Positions 17,206-26,332 of a stretch of DNA of 64,000 bases are shown here, piece after piece. The position numbers and the translations under genes are program-made. Origin of the DNA: Planctomycetota bacterium (GTDB lineage Bacteria > Planctomycetota > UBA8742 > UBA2392). The DNA lies in the NCBI GenBank assembly GCA_022071975.1, contig JAJVIO010000052.1, positions 38,548-102,547 of the forward strand, written 5' to 3'. The first letter of the stretch is position 1. The number at the start of each line of letters is the position of its first letter. The notes under the pieces are model-generated. The model worked only from the letters and a program-made list of their open reading frames with translations, had not been told where the DNA came from and made no database searches.

Positions 17206-18177
17206 GTGGACATCGTCTACATCATCATGCAGCTCGCTTTCGGCGTCGTGGGTTTGCACTTCGGCGCGGAGTGGCTGGTTTCCGGCTCGTCGCGCCTGGC
17301 GCTTTCCTTCGGCGTCAAGCCGCTGATCATCGGCCTGACACTGGTCGCCTTCGGTACCAGCGCGCCGGAGCTGACCGTCAGCATGGCCGGCGCGCTGCAG
17401 GGCGCCGCCGACATCTCGGTCGGCAACGTGGTGGGCAGCAACATCGCCAACATCGGCCTGGTGCTGGGTTTGGCAGCGCTGATCAAGCCGATCAACATCG
17501 ACCCCGAGGTGTTCAAACGCGACCTGCCGGCCATGCTGTTCGCGGCGCTGCTGATTGCAGTGCTGCCGTTCATCGGCGGCCCGGTAGCGGTGGGCGATGG
17601 CGCCGGTTTCATGCTTGAGCGCTGGAAGGGCGTGATCCTGCTGGCGACGCTGGCCTTCATCGTGTTCCTGATGTTCCGCGGCGCGCGCGGCGGCGCGGAG
17701 CCCAGCCAGGCGCACTCAGGCCGCAGGCGCGCTCTGCTGGTGGTGCTGACGGTGCTTGGCCTGGGCGCCCTGGTCGCCGGCGGCAAGCTGTTCGTGGACG
17801 GTTCGGTTGAGGCCGCGCAGATGCTGGGCATCCCGGAGCTGGTGATCGGCCTGACCATCGTGGCGGTGGGTACCAGCCTGCCGGAGCTGGCAACCAGCGT
17901 GGTGGCGATCATCCGCGGCGAGACGGCAATCAGCCTGGGCAACGTGGTGGGCAGCAACATCTTCAACGTCTGCGGCGTGCTGGGGCTGGTGGCGCTGGTC
18001 AGCCCGCTGGTGATTGACGCCCGCGTGATGAAGCTGGACATGATCGTGATGCTGGTCTTCAGCGGCGGCGTCACAGCGCTGGCCTGGCACGGCAAGCGGC
18101 TCGGGCGCGGCAAAGGCGCGCTGCTGCTCAGCGCTTACGCGCTGTACGTCACAAACCTGGTGGTGGGCTGGGTGTGA
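17206..18177 (+). CDS. CaCA family Na+/Ca2+ antiporter (YrbG-like)
   Basis: Two alpha-repeats, GTSAPE and GTSLPE; 10 TM. Confidence 0.85.
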   Translation: MDIVYIIMQLAFGVVGLHFGAEWLVSGSSRLALSFGVKPLIIGLTLVAFGTSAPELTVSMAGALQGAADISVGNVVGSNIANIGLVLGLAALIKPINIDPEVFKRDLPAMLFAALLIAVLPFIGGPVAVGDGAGFMLERWKGVILLATLAFIVFLMFRGARGGAEPSQAHSGRRRALLVVLTVLGLGALVAGGKLFVDGSVEAAQMLGIPELVIGLTIVAVGTSLPELATSVVAIIRGETAISLGNVVGSNIFNVCGVLGLVALVSPLVIDARVMKLDMIVMLVFSGGVTALAWHGKRLGRGKGALLLSAYALYVTNLVVGWV

Positions 18178-18503
18178 GGGATTCTGGATTTTGGATTTTG
18201 GATTGGGTTGGAATGGGCCCCTGCACGACTCAGGCGTTCATTCGTGAAGCACTGCCTCTCGCACGATCTGCGAGTGATGCTCACACAGCAGCCCTTTTTG
18301 TGGCAGTGTCTTTTGTGCTTTCGTGTTTTTGTGGCCCGACAATGTGGTGGCACGCCAGAGATGGCAGCAGTTCTTGGCGCCTTGGCGTCTCCGCGTGAGC
18401 CCTGCAGTTACCGTCCCTTCGCTGAATCTGACCGGGGCAGAATTCACGTAACACTCCAACCCTTACGGCCGTACTTTGTTCGGTGCTTCACCCGGAGAGA
18501 CCG

Positions 18504-19931
18504 ATGAAAGGTTCCACCCTGCTCGCGGGCCTGTTGGCCCTGCTGATTGCCTGCGGCATCTCATTTGGCGCGGGCTACTACGTCGCCAAGGAACAGGGCG
18601 CTGCGCCCGCAACGCGCCCCGTTACCGTTGCCGACGCCAGCATTGACCAGAAGCCCGCCCCCGAGGTCAAGCCGCTGGAAGCCCCTGCCCGGGAGACCTC
18701 CGCCGAGACGCCGCCCGCACCCGAGAATCCCCCCGCGACGACCGGGAAGGTGCCCCCGAAGCCCGCATCAGAAGCGGGCGAAACCCCGGCCAAGTACGAG
18801 CCGACCGTTGAGGCCGAGCAGAACACCCAACCCGGCCCGGCCCAGCCCGCGGACCCCAAGGAACTCGAGGACCAGATCAATGAGCTGAAGGACAAGCTCA
18901 AAGACCTGAAGCTCGACGAGGTTGAAGACTTCGAGAGCATCTTCAACGGCCCCAAGGTCGACTTCACGGCCACGATCTCCGGCCAGGTGATCGACGGCGC
19001 CGGCGTGCCCGTAGCCGGCGCGCGCGTTTATGCCAGCTTCAGCGAGAACTACTCGTCAGACGGCGAGGGCCGCCGCATCGCCTTCGTGCGTTCCAGCGAC
19101 GACAGCGAAAGCGGCGAGCCGATCGCCACCACCGACGGCGCGGGCTTCTTCATGGCCGCGATCAACCGCAAGGTATCGGAAAAAGCCAGCCTGCAGGTCA
19201 GCCTGACAGCAAACGCCGACGGCTACGCCGAGAGCAAGAAGGACAGCTTCAGCCTCAAGAACGGCGACACAAAGGAGAACATCAAGCTCACCCTGCGCGG
19301 TGCCGGTACGGTTTCCGGCCGCGTGGTGGACGCCAACGGCATGGGCGTCGCGGGCGTGACGGTCAGCCTGAACCCGGCCGGCGGCGGCGACTTCATGGGC
19401 GGCGACAATATCGAGATCGACTTCGGCGGTCGCGGCGGCAAGTACAACGCCACCACCGACGGTGCGGGCGAGTTCCTGGTCACAGGCGTGCCGGAGGGGC
19501 GCTACAAGTTCCGGCTCAAGGGCGCGGGCTATCGCCAGGTCAGCGGGCCGACCGAGATCGATGTGAAGTCGGGCGAAAGCGCCCGCGCGGCGGCCGACTT
19601 CCAGGTGGCGATCACCGCCAGCATGGCCGTGAACTTCACGGATGCTGCGGGCAATCCTGTACAGGGCTGGGCCTCGGTCAAGATTACGGGCGAGGGTGGC
19701 AAGGTCGCTAAGCGCATGAACGGGCCGATCGGCAAGGACGGCCTGTTCGAGCAGAACGACCCGCCGGCCGGCAGCTACGAGGTTGAGTTCCAGGTATGGG
19801 GCTACAAGAAGCAGACCGTGCGGGCGAATTTCACGGAAGGCCAGCGCTACGACTTCGGCGCGATCACGCTCGAGCCCGATGCGGAGGGCGGCAGCGGCGG
19901 CAGTATCATCCTTCCCGGCGACGACGAGTAG
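18504..19931 (+). CDS. membrane-anchored protein with three carboxypeptidase-regulatory-like / Cna-B beta-sandwich repeats
   Basis: N-terminal TM, Pro/Ala/Glu-rich linker, then three repeats of the form G.V.D..G.PV.GA.V...(ATTDGAGEF-type). Confidence 0.7.
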   Translation: MKGSTLLAGLLALLIACGISFGAGYYVAKEQGAAPATRPVTVADASIDQKPAPEVKPLEAPARETSAETPPAPENPPATTGKVPPKPASEAGETPAKYEPTVEAEQNTQPGPAQPADPKELEDQINELKDKLKDLKLDEVEDFESIFNGPKVDFTATISGQVIDGAGVPVAGARVYASFSENYSSDGEGRRIAFVRSSDDSESGEPIATTDGAGFFMAAINRKVSEKASLQVSLTANADGYAESKKDSFSLKNGDTKENIKLTLRGAGTVSGRVVDANGMGVAGVTVSLNPAGGGDFMGGDNIEIDFGGRGGKYNATTDGAGEFLVTGVPEGRYKFRLKGAGYRQVSGPTEIDVKSGESARAAADFQVAITASMAVNFTDAAGNPVQGWASVKITGEGGKVAKRMNGPIGKDGLFEQNDPPAGSYEVEFQVWGYKKQTVRANFTEGQRYDFGAITLEPDAEGGSGGSIILPGDDE

Positions 19932-19944
19932 CAACCAGCGCGGA

Positions 19945-19980
19945 CGGGGACAGTCACCTCAGGTGACTGTCCCCTTTTTT
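19945..19980 (+). terminator. rho-independent terminator GGGGACAGTCACC-TCA-GGTGACTGTCCCC followed by a T-run
   Basis: 13-bp perfect stem plus TTTTTT, 14 nt after the stop codon. Confidence 0.8.
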
Positions 19981-20036
19981 CTGGAACCCGGGCATCGGAG
20001 CACGCGTCCTAAGGTCACCCCAACCCGGAGTAGCCG

Positions 20037-21329
20037 ATGACCATTCGACGCCTGTTCCCGTATGCCGCCGTGCTGCTGCTGGGCGTGGCCGCGCAGTTCG
20101 CCGTGCAGGCCCAGGACGAAGTCAACGAAGACGCCAGCGAACGCAAGAGCCCCGCGCGCCGCGGCAGCGCCGAGAAATCGGACGAAGCCAAACGCGACCA
20201 GCCCAGCCTGCCCGCCCTGAAGGTCTACGAGTGGGGCGTGGCCACCATGAACTGGGACGGCAGCGACGAAGGCCCCGACGATGTCCCCGCCTTCTACTAT
20301 GAACCCGGCGAAGTCCCCATGGAGGCGCAACCCGCCGCGCCGCCTCAGCCCGAGCCTGTACCCGAACCCAAGCCGCCGCGCCCGCCGGTCAAGATCCGCA
20401 AGCCGGTGCTGTATTTCGAGTGCGACCGCGACGTGGTGTTCGACCTGGATGTGCGATTCACCAGCGGCAAGATGACCTGGATGTACCCCAAGCCCAACCG
20501 CCTCACCGACGCCTCCACGGCCCAGTGGGACAACATCCAGCTCTACAGCGACAGCGTGGAACGCGACAAGTTCGCCCCGCCCGAGCTGCACGCCGTGGAT
20601 GCCAGCCACTGGGCGGGCTACAGCCGCGACGGCAGCACCGGCAGCATCGTCGTGAACGGCGAGCACGAGCGTTTTCTGTTCTATGAGGGCGCGCGCAACG
20701 GCCTGCCCGAGGCCGATATCTTCATCAACGCCGAGGGCCAGCCGGTGGTCCACAACTACACCGCCCACGAGCTGCTGGACCTGCGCGTGCATGTGGCCGT
20801 CGGCGCGGAGATCTACACCTGCTACGTCGCCCGCGTGCCGGCCGCCAGCGGCGAACAGCCCGGTGAAGTCGTGCTGAAGGACGACGCGCTGGTGGCGCCG
20901 GAGAGCCTGCTGCCCGTCGGCCGCCTGACCAGCGAGACCAGCGCAGCGGGTCTGACCGAAGCCCAGGCCAGGGTGTTCGAGCGCTGCTGGCAGGCCGACA
21001 TGGCGAAAGTCGGCACGATGTCGTGGCGCCGCACCCAGAAGGCGCTGGATGAGCTGATGGAGCTGAAGCTGACCCTGCCCGCCGGCATCGGCAGTGAGGT
21101 CAAGCGCGTGGGCTACGTGCTGGTCAACAACATAGACTTGACACGTCAAGCCGAAATGGAGGCGCTGGTGCAGAAGGCCGCCGAGGGCGACGCCGACGCG
21201 GAAAGCAAGCTGAAGGCCGCCGGCACGGCCGGGGCAGGCGCCCTGCGCCGCGCCATGAGCAACAAGGACATCGGCCTGAAACAGCGCCTGAAGCTCGCCA
21301 AGCTGCTCGGAGAAATGAGCGCTTCGTGA
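20037..21329 (+). CDS. secreted hypothetical protein
   Basis: Signal peptide MTIRRLFPYAAVLLLGVAAQFAVQA; 430 aa; good codon usage; contains an internal CTTGACACGTCAAG palindrome. Confidence 0.7.
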   Translation: MTIRRLFPYAAVLLLGVAAQFAVQAQDEVNEDASERKSPARRGSAEKSDEAKRDQPSLPALKVYEWGVATMNWDGSDEGPDDVPAFYYEPGEVPMEAQPAAPPQPEPVPEPKPPRPPVKIRKPVLYFECDRDVVFDLDVRFTSGKMTWMYPKPNRLTDASTAQWDNIQLYSDSVERDKFAPPELHAVDASHWAGYSRDGSTGSIVVNGEHERFLFYEGARNGLPEADIFINAEGQPVVHNYTAHELLDLRVHVAVGAEIYTCYVARVPAASGEQPGEVVLKDDALVAPESLLPVGRLTSETSAAGLTEAQARVFERCWQADMAKVGTMSWRRTQKALDELMELKLTLPAGIGSEVKRVGYVLVNNIDLTRQAEMEALVQKAAEGDADAESKLKAAGTAGAGALRRAMSNKDIGLKQRLKLAKLLGEMSAS

Positions 21330-21515
21330 GGGCGATGCCCTCGAAGTGCATTTGTCAGGATGGACAGGATGTGAATGGACGCGGACACTTGTGGCGCTCA
21401 ACCTGAACCCGCGTCCTGTTGCTTCCTGTAAGTCCTGACAACTGGAACTGCGGGGAAGCACCAAGAGCAATATCACGGTTCGTTCGCGGCCGTTCTGGCC
21501 CGAAGGGCCCAGCTT

Positions 21516-21665
21516 GGGTAGCCGGGCGCGTAAGCGCCCGGATGCTGGAAACGATCGCTCGCGCGCCCGTAGGGCCGCCGAACCGCGCAGTGCGCCTTTT
21601 GGGCGGCCCTTCGGGCGCCCGGCATCGCGGCTCCAATATCCGGGGGCTGCCGCCCCCGGCTACCC
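21516..21665. repeat. ~150-bp segment bounded by GGGTAGCC/GGCTACCC inverted repeats, orientation A
   Basis: The reverse complement of this segment matches copy 2 (22646-22794) nearly base for base, including the swapped end hairpins CCGGGCGCGTAAGCGCCCGG and CCGGGGGCTGCCGCCCCCGG. Confidence 0.7.
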
Positions 21666-21832
21666 TAGAGCATTTTCATGGTTAGTTTGCAGGCTTCCGC
21701 TTGCGGCGAACTTCGCAGCTCTGCGTCGCGCTACCTCGGCGTGGCCTCCAGCCACGCCTGCGTCCGCGCTCCTTGATCTGCTCGCTCGGCGCTGCGCGGA
21801 ATCTCTGCAAACTAACCATGAAAAAGCTCTAG
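21665..21832. mobile_element. 168-bp MITE-like element with ~28-bp TIRs (CTAGAGCATTTTCATGGTTAGTTTGCAG ... CTGCAAACTAACCATGAAAAAGCTCTAG)
   Basis: Present in repeat copy 1 and absent from copy 2. Internal hairpin GGCGTGGC-CTCCA-GCCACGCC. A homologous element lies at 26163-26332. Confidence 0.65.
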
Positions 21833-22023
21833 CCAGGCCCTTCGGGCCAGTTCGACTGCAAGCGAATCGTGAACGTGTCCTAAGCAGTGCCATGAACGGT
21901 TCAGGTGGCCCTTCGTGGACAACCGCTGTTCGCAGATATCGTGAGACTGTTGAACGGGCTGCCGACTTCGCAACTTCGCGGAATCCTTTACTGGTCGCGA
22001 ATACAGTGTGCTAAACTGCACCC

Positions 22024-22443
22024 ATGCGGCTGATAAGTCTGATCGTATTGATGGTGATTGTTCTGGCCCTCTCCGCCTGTGGCGGTGAGGAGCCCAAGCT
22101 GCAGCCACAGCAACCATCTCCGCCGCCCGCGGCGGCTGAGCCCAAACAAGAGCCGGAACCGGATTCGACAAAGGCCGCCAAGCTTCTGGATCAGCCCAAA
22201 GTAACTCTGAAGCCGGAGAAACCCGTTTCGGCCCGGGTGGATCATATCGCCGAGGCGCGACGCTGCCTCGCGGCAGGCGACACCGAGGGCTACCAGACCG
22301 CGCTGAAGAGCTACAACGAAGTCCTGAAGCGAGACGGTGGAGGACTGACCGTCGTCGCGGTAACAGCCACCTCCGTCACCTGGCGCACGGAAGACGGGCA
22401 AGAGTACACCACCAACCTCTGGCACGACGCCCTGATCGACTAG
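22024..22443 (+). CDS. small lipoprotein, hypothetical
   Basis: Signal peptide with lipobox LALSAC. Lower-GC gene flanked on both sides by the ~400-bp repeat. Confidence 0.6.
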   Translation: MRLISLIVLMVIVLALSACGGEEPKLQPQQPSPPPAAAEPKQEPEPDSTKAAKLLDQPKVTLKPEKPVSARVDHIAEARRCLAAGDTEGYQTALKSYNEVLKRDGGGLTVVAVTATSVTWRTEDGQEYTTNLWHDALID

Positions 22444-22477
22444 GCAAGCTCCACTGACCGCGCACGACGCGAACTAT

Positions 22478-22884
22478 ATTTGTCAGGATGGACAGGATGT
22501 GAATGGACGCGGACACTTGTGGAGCGCTCAAACTGAACCTGCGTCCTGTTGATTCCTGTACATCCTGACAACTGCGACTGCGGGGAACCACCAAGAGCAA
22601 TATCACGGTTCGTTCGCGGCCGTTCTGGCCCGAAGGGCCTGGCTAGGGTAGCCGGGGGCGGCAGCCCCCGGATCTTGGAGCCGCGATGCCGGGCGCCCGA
22701 AGGGCCGCCTAAAAGGTGCACTGCGCGGTTAGGCGGCCCTACGGGCGCGCGAGCGATCTGGTCCAGCTTCCGGGCGCTTACGCGCCCGGCTACCTTAGCG
22801 GGGCCCTTCGGGCCAGTTCGACTGCAAGCGAATCGTGAACGTGCCCTATGGAGTGCCATGAACGGTTCAGGTGGCCCTTCGTGG
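22478..22884. repeat. ~400-bp structured repeat, copy 2 (no MITE; internal segment in orientation B)
   Basis: See copy 1. Confidence 0.75.
22646..22794. repeat. ~150-bp segment bounded by GGGTAGCC/GGCTACC, orientation B (inverted relative to copy 1)
   Basis: Direct base-for-base comparison of the two copies. Confidence 0.7.
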
Positions 22885-22911
22885 TTAACAGCTTTTTACC
22901 GTTGCCAATCA

Positions 22912-22934
22912 CAAAGGCCGCCTCTGGCGGCCTT
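22912..22934. terminator. hairpin AAGGCCGCC-TCTG-GCGGCCTT downstream of thyX
   Basis: Perfect 9-bp stem seen after the thyX stop. Confidence 0.5.
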
Positions 22935-22960
22935 CGCGTTCTTCGCATCTTCGCGTGAAA

Positions 22961-23902
22961 CTAAACCTTGCGGTGGGTGGTGCGGGTGCGTTCGCTGCCG
23001 TCGGGCAGCTTGACGATCTCGTAGTCGCCGAACAGGTTGGGCGCTTCCTTCTTCAGCAGCCGCGCCACGTCGCAGGCCAGGGCCCGGATCTCCGCCTCGG
23101 CGTGGATGTCGCCCCGCAGCTCGATGAAGTGCCGCCACGAGCGCGCGTTGCCCGTCACAAAAATCTTCGTCTCCGTCGCGTTCGGCAGCACCGAGCGCGC
23201 GGCCTCACGAGCCGATTTGCGACGGCCGCGGATGGTCTTCTTCTTGAAGTACTTGGCCACGCCCTCGTTCCTGCCCACCAGCGCCCGCCAGTCGTTGATG
23301 CTGAGCTTGTCGTGGCCTTCAACAGCTTCACCGAAGGTGAACTTTCCGTTTTCGCCCTCGGTGAGCTGTTCTTCCCGCAATGCGAAATCCACCAGGCCCT
23401 CGGGCGTGGCGTACTTCTCGGCGAGTTTCTCGGTCAGTTCCGCGTAGACCTTCAGCGTTGCGTCGCAGTGGTCCTTCAGCAGCTTCTCCAGCTCGGCGTC
23501 GCCCTGCACCGCGGGCGGGATCACGAACTGGGCCTCGGTTTCGTCCACGTAGCGCTGGCTGAGCTGGCTGTACGCGAAGCCGGCGCGGTGGCGCACCAGC
23601 TCGTGCGTCAGGCTGCGGCTCACGCCGGTCAGCAGCAGGCTGAACACCGCGTGCTCCAGCACGCTGCCGTGGCCCACCTGCATGATGTGCCCCAGGTAGC
23701 TGGCGTTGTCTTTGCGGCCCTGCTTGTCGCCGAAGCTCATGTAACAGATGCGCCCCGCCAGCTCAGGGATGCGCTGGGCGGCGTTGTCCGTGTCGGTCTG
23801 CCAGGTGTCGGCTTCGTTCTCGAGGAAGCGCTGCACCTCGGCCTCAGGCATGACCTGCTTGCCGACCAGGTAGATGTTCGCGCGGTTGAAGTACTTTTGC
23901 AT
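22961..23902 (-). CDS. thyX: FAD-dependent thymidylate synthase
   Basis: ThyX signature RHRxxxxxxS...SQRY (HELVRHRAGFAYSQLSQRY); ~313 aa from the MQKYFNRANIYLVG start. Confidence 0.9.
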   Translation of the reverse strand: MQKYFNRANIYLVGKQVMPEAEVQRFLENEADTWQTDTDNAAQRIPELAGRICYMSFGDKQGRKDNASYLGHIMQVGHGSVLEHAVFSLLLTGVSRSLTHELVRHRAGFAYSQLSQRYVDETEAQFVIPPAVQGDAELEKLLKDHCDATLKVYAELTEKLAEKYATPEGLVDFALREEQLTEGENGKFTFGEAVEGHDKLSINDWRALVGRNEGVAKYFKKKTIRGRRKSAREAARSVLPNATETKIFVTGNARSWRHFIELRGDIHAEAEIRALACDVARLLKKEAPNLFGDYEIVKLPDGSERTRTTHRKV

Positions 23903-24018
23903 GGCGGGACGATACACGCTCAAGCCCGCAGGGCAGCACTGTGGATAGGTGTCGGAAAAGCGGCACGGAGCGCGGGCATCTTGCCCGCAAATCCGGCGGC
24001 CGGGACGGCCGCGTTCCG

Positions 24019-24510
24019 TCACATCAACATCGGGTCCACGTCGTCGTGCTCGGGCGCGAGGCCGGTGTCGTCGGCCGGCGCGAGCTCAGCGCCCTCTTCG
24101 GGGCCGTCGGGGATGGTGAAGTCGCGGGTGGCTTTTTCCACCTCGTCGAACTTGTCCAGCGCGGGCTTGGTCTTGGCGGCGTCGTTCGGGTTCATGGCTT
24201 CGAAGAAGCGCACCTGCGCCGCGAAGTCCTGGGCCGCGCGGGCGACTTCACCGACGGCCGTGCCGATGCGCCCGCGCACGTGGCGGATGTCGCCGGCCTC
24301 CAGTGTGCGGTCTTTCTCCAGGCCGCCGTCCAGCTTCTTGAGTGCCGCAAGCGAGCCCTCGAGCTCAGATGCGATCTGCATGAAGTCGGCGGCGAGGCTG
24401 TCGCCGTCCGTGGGCTCGGAGCCCGTGGCGAACGGCTCGGTGATGGACGCGCAAAGCCTGGCGGCCTCAACGCGCTTCTCCAGGAACAGAAGCGTAAGTT
24501 CAGCGGACAT
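24019..24510 (-). CDS. acidic hypothetical protein upstream of thyX
   Basis: 163 aa with natural composition on the same strand as thyX, 116 bp upstream. Confidence 0.55.
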   Translation of the reverse strand: MSAELTLLFLEKRVEAARLCASITEPFATGSEPTDGDSLAADFMQIASELEGSLAALKKLDGGLEKDRTLEAGDIRHVRGRIGTAVGEVARAAQDFAAQVRFFEAMNPNDAAKTKPALDKFDEVEKATRDFTIPDGPEEGAELAPADDTGLAPEHDDVDPMLM

Positions 24511-24639
24511 GCGGTCCCCGTTTTCGTCTGGTGCTGCCGCATGATAACGAAGGTCGCGCGATTGCTGAACCCTGTTTGGCCTGTGGAGAAAATTTGGCTA
24601 ACCGGCCGTCCATGTGGGACAATCTGGGCGGAGGCTCAA

Positions 24640-24975
24640 ATGCCCTACGTGTTCTATGAGCTGCCGGCGGATTCGTCCGAGCTGGAGACCTTCAACGGCT
24701 ACCAGGTCAGCCGCATCGTGACCCGTGCCGAGGGCGGGCCGGTACCGCCAACCGTTGATCCGTTTGAACCCGCGCCGGAGCTGGTGCTGCAGGGCGCGCG
24801 CCGCCCGTGGTTCGAGCCCGTGCTGTCGCGCGCGCCGGCCAAAATGGGCATGGCCCGCCGCGTGCCGACCCGCGCCTGGTGCATGCGCGGCTTCATGACA
24901 CCGCGCGCCGTGGCCAGCTACCTGTCCGTGCCGTCATTGTGCTTCACACTCGTCTGGCTGCTCGGCCGGATATAG
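24640..24975 (+). CDS. possible small hypothetical protein
   Basis: ATG at 24640 inside the 23941-24975 frame; coding-like GC3. Weak support only. Confidence 0.25.
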   Translation: MPYVFYELPADSSELETFNGYQVSRIVTRAEGGPVPPTVDPFEPAPELVLQGARRPWFEPVLSRAPAKMGMARRVPTRAWCMRGFMTPRAVASYLSVPSLCFTLVWLLGRI

Positions 24976-25109
24976 CGGCACAGATGTACTTATCCGTGCC
25001 CGGACGCGCGCCCCAGGCGAGTGTTTCCATGGGCGGGGACACCCATGCCACGCCGGCCCCTGTACTCTGTACGCCGTACCCTGTACTCAGTACTCCCGTG
25101 CCCGACTTC

Positions 25110-26168
25110 ATGCTCAAACGCCACCTGCCGAACCTGGACGTGCCCCACGTTCAGCTCGGTGAGTACCCCACGCCCGTTGAGCATCTGCCGGCGCTGGGAG
25201 ACGTTTGGCTCAAGCGCGAGGACCTGTCCTCGCCGCTCTACGGCGGCAACAAGATCCGCACGCTGGAAACACTGTTCGCGGACGCCCTGGCGCGCGGCTT
25301 CAAGCGGGTCTGGACGCTGGGCGCCTACGGCAGCAACCAGGCCGTCGCCTGCATCCTGCACGCCAGGCGCGTCGGCCTTCAACCCGGCGCCGTGCTATTC
25401 CCCCAGCGCGCCACGCCCACGGCCGCGGAAAACCTGCGCGTAATGGTGACCGCTTGCGACGAAGTTGTCGCACTGCGCAGCCTGCTGACGTTCCCCTGGC
25501 ACTGGCTGAAGCTGAAGCGCTCGCGCGAAATCTACCTGGTGCCGCCCGGCGGCGCCGTGCCCCTGGGCGCGCTGGGCCACGTGGGCGCGGCGCTTGAACT
25601 GGCGGAACAGATCAACGCCGGGGCCATGCCCGCGCCGCGCCACATTGTGCTGGCGATCGGCAGCACCTGCACCACGGCGGGTCTGCTGGTGGGCCTGCCG
25701 CTCGCGCGGCAGCTTGGTTTATGGCCCGGCGAGCTTCCGCTGGTGCACGCCGTGCGCGTGACGCCCTGGCCCGTGACCGCGCGCTTTCAGGTGCTAAGGC
25801 TGGCGCGGGCCACTGCGCGCTACCTGGCGCAGGTCGGCGGGCCCGTTGTGAAGCTGCAACCCGAGCGGCTTGTGCTGAACACGCGCCACTTCGGCTGGGG
25901 CTACGCGCGCATCACCCAGGGCGGGCTCGCGGCCGCGAAGCACTTCGCCGAGCTGATGGCGCCGCCCCTGGACACCACCTACGCGGCGAAGTCCGGCGCG
26001 GCGCTGCTGGAGATGCTCGACACCGGGGACAGTCCCCTGCGGGGACAGTCCCCGGTCCTGTACTGGTGCACCAAATCCAGCGCGCCGCTGCCGCCCGTTG
26101 ACGAAGCAAAGCTCGCGACCGCCCCGGGTTACATCCGGCGCTGGCTGAAGCGCGCGGACAAGCTCTAG
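25110..26168 (+). CDS. PLP-dependent ACC deaminase / D-cysteine desulfhydrase family enzyme
   Basis: YGGNKIRTLE motif (family signature GGNKxRKLE). The C-terminal GDSPLRGQSP is encoded by a GGGGACAGTCCCC repeat pair. Confidence 0.8.
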   Translation: MLKRHLPNLDVPHVQLGEYPTPVEHLPALGDVWLKREDLSSPLYGGNKIRTLETLFADALARGFKRVWTLGAYGSNQAVACILHARRVGLQPGAVLFPQRATPTAAENLRVMVTACDEVVALRSLLTFPWHWLKLKRSREIYLVPPGGAVPLGALGHVGAALELAEQINAGAMPAPRHIVLAIGSTCTTAGLLVGLPLARQLGLWPGELPLVHAVRVTPWPVTARFQVLRLARATARYLAQVGGPVVKLQPERLVLNTRHFGWGYARITQGGLAAAKHFAELMAPPLDTTYAAKSGAALLEMLDTGDSPLRGQSPVLYWCTKSSAPLPPVDEAKLATAPGYIRRWLKRADKL

Positions 26169-26332
26169 AGCATTTTTAGATCGACTGTACCGGCTGCTGC
26201 GCGCGGCGGACTTCGCATCTCTTCGTCGCGCTCCCTCGGCGTGGCCTCCAGCCACGCCTGCGTCCGCGCTTCTTGACCTGCTCGTCCGTCGCTGCGCATC
26301 AGCACGGTCCACTCAATCTAAAAAAGCTCTAA
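26163..26332. mobile_element. second copy of the 168-bp CTAGAG-TIR MITE, in a convergent intergenic region
   Basis: ~85% identical core to 21665-21832 (…CTCGGCGTGGCCTCCAGCCACGCCTGCGTCCGCGCT…). The TIR CTAG motifs supply the TAG stops of both flanking genes. Confidence 0.65.

Larger units (their letters stand above)
21350..21917. repeat. ~400-bp structured repeat, copy 1 (carries a 168-bp MITE insertion and a ~150-bp internal segment in orientation A)
   Basis: Shares long identical blocks with 22478-22884 (ATTTGTCAGGATGGACAGGATGTGAATGGACGCGGACACTTGTGG..., ...GGCCCTTCGGGCCAGTTCGACTGCAAGCGAATCGTGAACGTG...). Confidence 0.75.

Noticed and set aside
17217-18113. 298-aa antisense ORF across the CaCA antiporter gene
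   Set aside because: Ser/Thr/Pro/Ala-rich shadow frame; the plus strand carries the GTSAPE/GTSLPE alpha-repeats.
19959-21476. 505-aa minus-strand ORF overlapping the secreted-protein gene
   Set aside because: Low-complexity Gly/Ala/Arg/Val-rich translation; the plus strand has a signal peptide and natural composition.
21419-23013. ORFs 21419-21685 and 22549-23013 with near-identical N-termini (MLPVSPDNWNCGE… / MIPVHPDNCDCGE…)
   Set aside because: Their similarity comes from the underlying DNA repeat; both are Arg/Gly/Pro-rich and cross hairpin arrays.
24807-25109. N-terminal 101-aa extension of the ACC-deaminase-family ORF
   Set aside because: The extension is Arg/Ala-rich and overlaps a better small ORF in another frame. 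The family-typical N-terminus starts at MLKRHLPNL (25110).
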